This document shows, piece after piece, positions 57,431-64,000 of a stretch of DNA of 64,000 bases. The stretch is from an uncultured Candidatus Saccharibacteria bacterium (lineage in GTDB: Bacteria > Patescibacteriota > Minisyncoccia > Phycocordibacterales > CALRHW01). Position numbers and translations under genes: made by a program. The stretch is from assembly GCA_964390845.1 (NCBI GenBank), contig CAYMIL010000001.1, positions 102,326 through 166,325 of the forward strand, in the 5' to 3' direction. The first letter of the stretch is position 1. Every line of letters begins with the position of its first letter. Below the pieces are notes generated by a model, which saw only the letters and a list, made by a program, of their open reading frames with translations, had not been told where the DNA came from and made no database searches.

Positions 57431-60088
57431 TTAGTTCTGTGTTAGAAGTGCACGTACTTTTATATTGTCCGCAAGCACGGTCGGTGTGTATCGAATATAT
57501 GTTGTCTCATTCGCCTTGTCTGTTGTGTTGTATGAACCCCATGTCTGGCCGTCGTCGGTAGATTTCTCAAATGTTCCAGAAGCAGATGCTGTGGTTGTGT
57601 CATCAAGAAGCAAACCATCTGTTTCTGCATTATACAACCTGATACGCAGTGTAGGCACTGTGCCACCAAATGCCGTTGAGAATCTCCACGCAAAACGCTT
57701 GCTTGTTATTGAAGACTGCGCGACAGACGGCTGGTAATGACTGTCTGTTGTATCGTCTTCATATGTACAACAAATATTGAAAATTCTAGCCGGCAAACAC
57801 ATTGAACCAATTGTTCTAAACTCCACCGCAAACTGCACTTCTGTAGTGGCGGTTGCCGCAGACAAATCCCCTGTCTGGTCAACGAGTGTCCATGTGCCTG
57901 AATTATCGCTAATTCCATTCGTTCTGTAGTAGATTCGCGCAGGCTCTGTTGGGAATGTAAGACCCGCATTTCCTAGATATGGTGCGTCGTTGAAAAATAC
58001 ACGAGAGAGCTTTGTTGCATTTGACGTTGAGAGGGATGGCGTAACGAGGCGCTGACTTACACTTCCTGTCGCATATGACCAGTCGGCACCAAGGGGTACT
58101 GTATACATGACGTTGACCAATGCGGTGGTACCTGTACGACAAATGTATACCAATCCATCCTCCGACCACACAGAAAGCGCGGCTCCCTGCGCACTCGGGT
58201 GCGGAACCGAATCAGAATCAGCAGTAGACTGATCTTGCTGAGCAGTATCCACAAGAAACATGTGATCGAAAGGGCGAGAACCAGATGCGTCATACTGCGT
58301 GAGATACGCTCTGTGGTGCGCGGTTGTTGTTGCAGACGTTGTGGTGATAATGAGGCGGTCAATTTGGTCGGCAATTTCTACCGCAGTAATGGCACCAGTC
58401 GCAGAATATGTAGCCGTACCTCCCGCAGGAATTTCTGTCATCGAATCCGCAGCCCATGTTGAACTTCCAGAGGTTATACCAGTAAGAGGCGCTCGGTAGA
58501 TCCTCGAGGAGGTAGCAAAATACAAACACTTCACACCAGAACCTGGACCATGGCTGAGAGTACCGATTCGACCGTTATTTGTTTGTGTCGTGTTTCCCGT
58601 TACTGTCTGTGTCGCAGTTACAAGTGTAAATGCAGAGGATGATTTTCCTGCACCGATACCACCAAGTGTAGTGAGGTCTGCTCTGATATTGTATTTATAC
58701 ACCTGTGGAGTGGTCGCCGCTTGCACCTCAATAATGTAGACAAACTGCTGTGTCCAACTTGCTCTATCATCAATAGCCAAACCACCCGCGATACCGTTAC
58801 CTCCCACGATTACATACGAAGTACCAGCGCCAATAGTTCCCGCTGATGCAGAAAGTGTAATAGATGTAGTACTTCCAACAGCAGAGATGGTGTACCATGT
58901 CGTGATTGACGCAGGATTGGTACTACCAAAACCAATACGACAACCCAAATGAGTGGCGGCCGCCCACGAAGTACCCGCACCAGTAACACCTGTTCCCGAC
59001 ACCGTCACAGTACCTGTTGAATAAATAGCATCGAGATCAACGAGAGAGTACACAGCTTTCTGTTTATCTACCGTAGTTGCCGCGGCTATTGTTTGGCCTC
59101 CAGAAATAAAATCATCATAAGACAAGCCAGTCGCCATAGAAAGACCTGCCGCCGCAACCACCACTGCGGTTGTTGCTGTCAAAATACGTAAATCCTCAAT
59201 GACGTAGGCCGTACCAGAAGAAATGGAGAGGCTTGGTGTCGTACCTCCGGTACCGCTTGCTGTCACCGTTGATTGGATTGTAATAGAAGTGTCCGAACTA
59301 ACTGCAGAAATATAATACCAAGTATCAATCTGCGTAGGGTCTGTACTACCAAAACCAATACGGGAACCAATAGGGATACGACTCGTAGACCACGCTGTAC
59401 TTGTGCCTGTTACGGTTGCTCCAGATACAGCGATAGTACCATCAGTATACTTTTCATAGGATGCGCGCAAACCTCTGATTGTTTGGTTACCTCCGCCGGC
59501 AGGATAGGTCAATGTAACAAACCCACGCCATGAAAAGAGCGATGTCGTTCTGTCATAGAGAAACAGAGAAATACGACGAGTAGCCGCGGCTGTGGCGTTG
59601 TCTGCAAGGAACACCCAATCGAGCTGGAGCGTCTTGTCGATTACATACGATGTACCTGAGCCTATTGTACCCGCAGAGGATGCGAGCGTCAGAGATGTTC
59701 CGCTCGGAATTGCGGCAATTGTATACCACGTTGTAATTGCCGTGGGGTCCGTACTACCAAAACCAATGCGGGCACCAACGGGCACGCCATCACTAAACCA
59801 TGATGTGCCGGAGCCCGTAACGGCCGTTCCAGAAACAGCAACGGTACCTGTGGAGTATGTGCCGTTTTTGTCGGCCCATGACACAACGTGCGGATAGATA
59901 CCCGGAATAGATGTAGATGTTTCAACCGGGCGCGCCACACCAATTTTTGCTGGCCCCGCAAATTTATCCGTCGGGTTTACTCCAGTGTATTGAAGTATCA
60001 AATCACCAAGAGTTGTCTTGGTTGAATCGTACGACGTATACGGGGTCGTCGCACCAGTAAACACATGTTCAATCGCTCGTTTTGCCAT
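57431..60088 (-). CDS. Large Thr/Ser/Gly-rich repetitive surface or secreted protein
   Basis: 885 aa. Three copies of a roughly 75-aa module (Y[ST][DT]GT[VI][AT]VSG[TA][AG]VTG.GTSW...RIGFGST[DN]P..I[TD]TWY.I[SA]A...[TS]SIT...S.GT.G.GT.YVI). Four-nucleotide gap to the upstream ORF. Confidence 0.55.
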   Translation of the reverse strand: MAKRAIEHVFTGATTPYTSYDSTKTTLGDLILQYTGVNPTDKFAGPAKIGVARPVETSTSIPGIYPHVVSWADKNGTYSTGTVAVSGTAVTGSGTSWFSDGVPVGARIGFGSTDPTAITTWYTIAAIPSGTSLTLASSAGTIGSGTSYVIDKTLQLDWVFLADNATAAATRRISLFLYDRTTSLFSWRGFVTLTYPAGGGNQTIRGLRASYEKYTDGTIAVSGATVTGTSTAWSTSRIPIGSRIGFGSTDPTQIDTWYYISAVSSDTSITIQSTVTASGTGGTTPSLSISSGTAYVIEDLRILTATTAVVVAAAGLSMATGLSYDDFISGGQTIAAATTVDKQKAVYSLVDLDAIYSTGTVTVSGTGVTGAGTSWAAATHLGCRIGFGSTNPASITTWYTISAVGSTTSITLSASAGTIGAGTSYVIVGGNGIAGGLAIDDRASWTQQFVYIIEVQAATTPQVYKYNIRADLTTLGGIGAGKSSSAFTLVTATQTVTGNTTQTNNGRIGTLSHGPGSGVKCLYFATSSRIYRAPLTGITSGSSTWAADSMTEIPAGGTATYSATGAITAVEIADQIDRLIITTTSATTTAHHRAYLTQYDASGSRPFDHMFLVDTAQQDQSTADSDSVPHPSAQGAALSVWSEDGLVYICRTGTTALVNVMYTVPLGADWSYATGSVSQRLVTPSLSTSNATKLSRVFFNDAPYLGNAGLTFPTEPARIYYRTNGISDNSGTWTLVDQTGDLSAATATTEVQFAVEFRTIGSMCLPARIFNICCTYEDDTTDSHYQPSVAQSSITSKRFAWRFSTAFGGTVPTLRIRLYNAETDGLLLDDTTTASASGTFEKSTDDGQTWGSYNTTDKANETTYIRYTPTVLADNIKVRALLTQN

Positions 60089-60110
60089 ACTATTGTTAAT
60101 TATACATCAA

Positions 60111-60716
60111 TCACACTTCTTTATAATCCACATTTATCTGTACCGTGGTCGTTCCGTCGATAACGCAATACAGTGATTCATCAACACCACCCTCGATATA
60201 GTTGGGGTGATTGTTTGCGCCATACAAACCGCCCGTTTTGGGTGATAGATACTTTTCATGATCCGTTCCGCCAGCGGTAAAACGAAACGAAACAGATGTT
60301 GCGTTTGCGTTGAGAGAAAAACGCGAGCTGTAGACACGAATTTTTTTGCCCGACGCCGGCGTGTGCACAATTCCCGACGAACTCAGTGATGTTGTGAGCT
60401 TTTCTACACCCTGTCCGCTCACAATCGCCTGCACGCTTTCGTCGGTCGCAGGATTTATGCGGTCATTTGAAGAGTCTTTAAGGCCAACGACGCTCGATGT
60501 GGGCGCACTTCCCACGACGAGAGCGTCTGCTTTCTTTGGAAAAAGCGATGCGGCAAACAATCCGAGGCCGGCACCGCCAAGAACTTTCAAAAAGAGACGC
60601 TTGTTTGAATCATCTATGTGCTCAACGAGCTCAGCAACGGCCGACGTGTCGACAGGAACATCGTTGCGCGTTTTGCGCACCAGTTTAAAGGAGAGTTTGT
60701 TAGGCAAAAAAATCAT
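60111..60716 (-). CDS. Hypothetical secreted protein with Tat-like (KR) signal
   Basis: 201 aa. SNKRLFLKVLGGAGLGLFAASLF resembles the S/T-R-R-x-F-L-K Tat motif, with KR in place of RR. Confidence 0.4.
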   Translation of the reverse strand: MIFLPNKLSFKLVRKTRNDVPVDTSAVAELVEHIDDSNKRLFLKVLGGAGLGLFAASLFPKKADALVVGSAPTSSVVGLKDSSNDRINPATDESVQAIVSGQGVEKLTTSLSSSGIVHTPASGKKIRVYSSRFSLNANATSVSFRFTAGGTDHEKYLSPKTGGLYGANNHPNYIEGGVDESLYCVIDGTTTVQINVDYKEV

Positions 60717-60845
60717 ACAACTGTGTTTGTCATAATTTTAGCACACTCTGTAATGGAGTTGGTGTCAAAAAACAAAAAAGTGTGGAAAAGTCTTCCTTTA
60801 CGAAGCGCACTTTATCAAATATCATTATCTATAATATAGAACACA

Positions 60846-63359
60846 ATGAATAGTACACGCACACTCGCACGTTTAATTGTTTTTTCACTCCTCTCGCTGT
60901 CAGCACTTGTCGCATATGCGGACTATCAAATCGTATCTCCAGGCGACACTATTCGTCTTGGTGAGTTTGTATACGACGATGATTTCACACCCACCACAAC
61001 CCCATGTACCCTTACCATCTACGATCCATCTGGTAGCACGGAGGTAAATGCCGACTCAATGAGTGCCGACCTCAGCGGATGGCATTATTATGATTATGCC
61101 GTTGACTCAGGAGCAACAGAAGGTGTGTGGTCAGCGTTTATGTCTTGCGGAAGCGTGCCGACGGGAGATTTGGTAAAGGTAGATAAATCATTTAAGGTTG
61201 GCGCAACGACGGTAGCAAGCACCACAATCGCAAGTGCTGTCTGGAATAACGCATCTCGTACCCTCACATCCTTTGGCACACTCGTATCAGACACTGCCTC
61301 TGGTGTATGGGGCTCAGTAAGCAGGACACTTACTGGAGCAGGTCTCACATCGGGATCACTTGCTACTCTTTCAGATGTTCAGACAGCGACAAGCTCTCTC
61401 GCTTCTGCAATGACGACAAATACGGCGTCTATAAATTCAACCATCACCACCGCCTCAACATCTGTTGGCTCGCTCATCGCATCAGTACCGGCTAACGTCT
61501 GGTCATACTCTTCACGATCACTCACGACGTTTGGCACGCTTGCCGCAGATACCGCATCAAGCGTATGGGGTTCTGTGACGAGAACGCTCACGGGTGCAAA
61601 CCTCGACACTGGTTCCCTCGCAACATTGTCTGATGTGCAGTCTGCAAGCTCATCACTCGCGGCAGCGATTACCAACAACGGCACAACACTTAACACAGCG
61701 ATTACCAACGCTTCAACATCACTTGCAGCAACCATCACCACCGCCTCAACATCTGTTGGCTCGCTCATCGCATCAGTACCGGCTAACGTCTGGTCATACT
61801 CTTCACGATCACTCACGACGTTTGGCACGCTTGCCGCAGATACCGCATCAAGCGTATGGGGTTCTGTGACGAGAACGCTCACGGGTGCAAACCTCGACAC
61901 TGGTTCCCTCGCAACATTGTCTGATGTGCAGTCTGCAAGCTCATCACTCGCGGCAGCGATTACCGCAAGCACAGCAAGCATCACATCAGCAATCGCATCA
62001 CTCAACGACATTTCTGCTGATGATGTATGGCAATACGGTTCTCGAACACTTACAAGCGGTGGTGGAGGCGCAACAGCTGAAGAGGTCGCCGATGAAGTAT
62101 GGAATCGAGCATCAAACCAGCTTTCAACATCAGGAAGTATTGGAAAACTTCTCGCTGACAACATCGACGCGGCAATCTCAACTCGAGGCACAAGCAACAT
62201 AACTGCGGCGGATGTGTGGGCAGTCGGTACTCGAACACTTACAGACTACTCAACATCAAGCATTGCAAATGCAGCGGCACTTGCAGTGTGGGCAAACGGC
62301 GCTCGAACACTTACAGACTACGGCAACGATATCACTGCGGCAGATGTATGGAATACACTCACATCAACACTTACTTCAGTTGATTCAATCGGCAAACTCC
62401 TCACAGACAATATCGACGCAACAATCTCTTCTCGTGCATCACTTGCAACACAAGATGCTCAGTGGTTTGTCACAATGTCTGATTACTCATCTGTACAGGC
62501 AGGAGAAACATACCGAGCTCGCGTACAGGTACTCAACGAATCAAGCACACTTGAAAGCCCATTTGCAGCTCCACGTATAACACTCTACGACGCAGAGAGA
62601 AACACTGTCGTATCTTCTGTTGCGATGACATCAATCGGCACAGGTTTGTATGAATACACATATTCTGTTTCAAATTCAGCAGCGCAAGGTGTATGGGAAG
62701 CCGTCGTTTCAACACAAGTTGAAAGCGGAAAGTATGTTACAAACAATGACTACTGGATCGTTGCTGGCTCACCTGCTCAGGTTATCATCAACAGCGTAAC
62801 AGCAAACTCCCCTTCTGATATCAGCGCAAACGTCACAATTACCAACGAAGGTCTCACTGGATACGAATACCAGTATGAATGGTGCGTTGTTACAGACGCA
62901 AACAACCCGTGCGGTGGTGGCAATGACACATACCATGCAACAGGCGCTAAGTTTATTAACCCAGGCGAAGACTGGAATACCAACCTCACCGCGACAGTAT
63001 CTTCAGCTGGCTCATACTACTTCAAGCTCGTCGTATACTTCGGTACAGAGTCATCCGGCTCATCACGCTCATTTAGCGTAACTGGTGGTGGTAGCGGTGG
63101 AGGAAGCGGTGGTGGCGGAGGTGGAGGTGGGGGCGGTGGAGGTTCTTCAGCGGGAACAGCAGTTTCTGCATGCAAAGGAGCAGACTTCAACCATGACAAC
63201 TTCGTAAACTCAATCGACTTCTCTATCTTACTTGCGTTCTGGAAGACAAATTCACCATTTGCAAACAAGTGTGTTGATATCAACAAAGACACAAAGGTTG
63301 ATTCGATAGACTTCTCTATCCTGCTTTCTCAGTGGGGTACGCCAGGTAAAGCACTATAA
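60846..63359 (+). CDS. Secreted repetitive protein with C-terminal dockerin-like domain
   Basis: 837 aa. Signal peptide. About three 97-aa tandem repeats rich in RTLT and S/T. Gly-rich linker (GGGSGGGSGGGGGGGGGGGGSS). C-terminal duplicated Ca-binding-type segment DFNHDNFVNSIDFSILLAFW / DINKDTKVDSIDFSILLSQWG, as in dockerin type I. Confidence 0.65.
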   Translation: MNSTRTLARLIVFSLLSLSALVAYADYQIVSPGDTIRLGEFVYDDDFTPTTTPCTLTIYDPSGSTEVNADSMSADLSGWHYYDYAVDSGATEGVWSAFMSCGSVPTGDLVKVDKSFKVGATTVASTTIASAVWNNASRTLTSFGTLVSDTASGVWGSVSRTLTGAGLTSGSLATLSDVQTATSSLASAMTTNTASINSTITTASTSVGSLIASVPANVWSYSSRSLTTFGTLAADTASSVWGSVTRTLTGANLDTGSLATLSDVQSASSSLAAAITNNGTTLNTAITNASTSLAATITTASTSVGSLIASVPANVWSYSSRSLTTFGTLAADTASSVWGSVTRTLTGANLDTGSLATLSDVQSASSSLAAAITASTASITSAIASLNDISADDVWQYGSRTLTSGGGGATAEEVADEVWNRASNQLSTSGSIGKLLADNIDAAISTRGTSNITAADVWAVGTRTLTDYSTSSIANAAALAVWANGARTLTDYGNDITAADVWNTLTSTLTSVDSIGKLLTDNIDATISSRASLATQDAQWFVTMSDYSSVQAGETYRARVQVLNESSTLESPFAAPRITLYDAERNTVVSSVAMTSIGTGLYEYTYSVSNSAAQGVWEAVVSTQVESGKYVTNNDYWIVAGSPAQVIINSVTANSPSDISANVTITNEGLTGYEYQYEWCVVTDANNPCGGGNDTYHATGAKFINPGEDWNTNLTATVSSAGSYYFKLVVYFGTESSGSSRSFSVTGGGSGGGSGGGGGGGGGGGGSSAGTAVSACKGADFNHDNFVNSIDFSILLAFWKTNSPFANKCVDINKDTKVDSIDFSILLSQWGTPGKAL
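61446..61963 (+). repeat. Intragenic tandem direct repeat: 227 bp identical copies (61446-61672 and 61737-61963), 291-bp period
   Basis: Read directly. Identical nucleotide stretches encode the repeated SLIASVPANVWSYSSRSLTTFGTLAADTASSVWGSVTRTLTGANLDTGSLATLSDVQSASSSLAAAIT module. Confidence 0.8.
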
Positions 63360-63365
63360 AACGCC

Positions 63366-63990
63366 ATGAAAAAATACACACCATTTCTAACACTCACCCT
63401 ACTCGCACTCGCCTTTCTTGCGCGCCCCCTCTCGGCACAGGCTCTTTCTTTGTCTGTTGAGCCAACTCGACCCCTTGTATCTGGAGACACGATCCTTCTC
63501 AACGTACTCGTTGATACTGATAGTCCAGAAATAAACGTCGTAGACGGAACCATAAGCTTTGCTGGGCCATACAACATCGTTTCTCTCAATACAAATAGTC
63601 CCCTTTTCACATTGTGGCCAAACAAGCCGTCACTTTCGGGCAACACAATCACCTTTACCGGTGGCGCTGTTTCCGGTGTGTCTGGAAAAGGTCTCAAGCT
63701 ATTCTCTATCGCACTCAAACCCACATCAACAGGCTCACTTACTATCACCACAAAAGACGCTAAAGCATTTCTTGCAGATGGAGCAGGCACCTCTCTCCCT
63801 ATCACAGGAACAACAAAAACATTTACTATTGCACCCCGCGGATCAGTTGCAAAAGACGATCTCGCAACAACAATTCTTGGTGATACAACACCACCACGCG
63901 ACTTCTCTATCATCATTGGCCAAGATCAAAATCTCTACGATGGAAAATATTTCGCATCTTTTTACACAACAGATGACGAATCTGGTATAA
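63366..63990 (+). CDS. Secreted cohesin-like domain protein (3' end truncated by the window)
   Basis: Manual translation of frame 3: MKKYTPFLTLTLLALAFLARPLSAQA signal peptide, then LSLSVEPTRPLVSGDTILLNVLVDT...INVVDGTISFAGPYNIVSLN...LWPNKPSLSGNTITFTGGAVSGVSGKGLKLFSIALKPTSTGSLTITTKDAKAFLADGAGTSLPITGTTKTFTI. This is the hydrophobic periodicity and landmark pattern of a cohesin beta-sandwich. Absent from the supplied ORF track because it has no stop within the window. Confidence 0.5.
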
Positions 63991-64000
63991 ACCGATACGA

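Noticed and set aside
61379-62200. 273-aa minus-strand ORF
   Set aside because: It is antisense to the repetitive region of the dockerin-like gene. The repeat structure generates long stop-free antisense frames.
1-64000. Search for CRISPR arrays, rRNA genes, integrases or transposases, and additional tRNAs
   Set aside because: No regularly spaced direct repeats, no rRNA-like conserved stretches, and no recombinase or transposase motifs were seen. Only two tRNAs were found by eye.

Overview
This 64-kb window is a densely packed, mostly minus-strand-coded bacterial chromosomal segment. Background GC looks mid-40s % by eye, with several sharply GC-rich and AT-rich sub-islands. The overall character is of a small, streamlined genome, possibly Patescibacteria/CPR-like. 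That placement is inference, not proven.

Recognisable housekeeping genes:
- Replication and recombination: dnaB, recR, a delta-prime-like clamp-loader subunit, rmuC, and a degenerate priA-like gene.
- Translation: cysS, lysS, proS, frr, typA/bipA, rplU, hpf, def-fmt, and tRNA-Glu(CUC) and tRNA-Asn(GUU).
- Cell envelope and division: a dcw-type cluster mraZ-rsmH-ftsL-ftsI-murF, an mreB-mreC-mreD-mrdA cluster plus a second mreB paralog, rseP, ctpA-like, ldcA, vanY-like and murA.
- Others: acpP, an SDR, metK, speH-like AdoMetDC, a histidine kinase and a separate OmpR-type regulator, tatA/tatC, and a type IV pilin.

Accessory content of interest:
- A 1885-aa secreted RHS/YD-repeat polymorphic toxin with FG-GAP-like repeats, followed by small candidate immunity ORFs.
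- A cluster of large repetitive secreted proteins next to tatAC, ending in a dockerin-like protein immediately followed by a cohesin-like protein. This is a putative cohesin-dockerin surface assembly.
- An XRE-HTH::MurA fusion with a perfect 20-bp palindrome upstream.
- A PriA homolog that has lost its Walker A/B motifs.
- A response regulator lacking the phospho-acceptor Asp.
- Several GC-rich islands of hypothetical ORFs, two of them beside tRNA genes.
- A roughly 500-nt non-coding stretch that may hold a structured RNA I could not classify.

No CRISPR array, rRNA, integrase or transposase was recognised.
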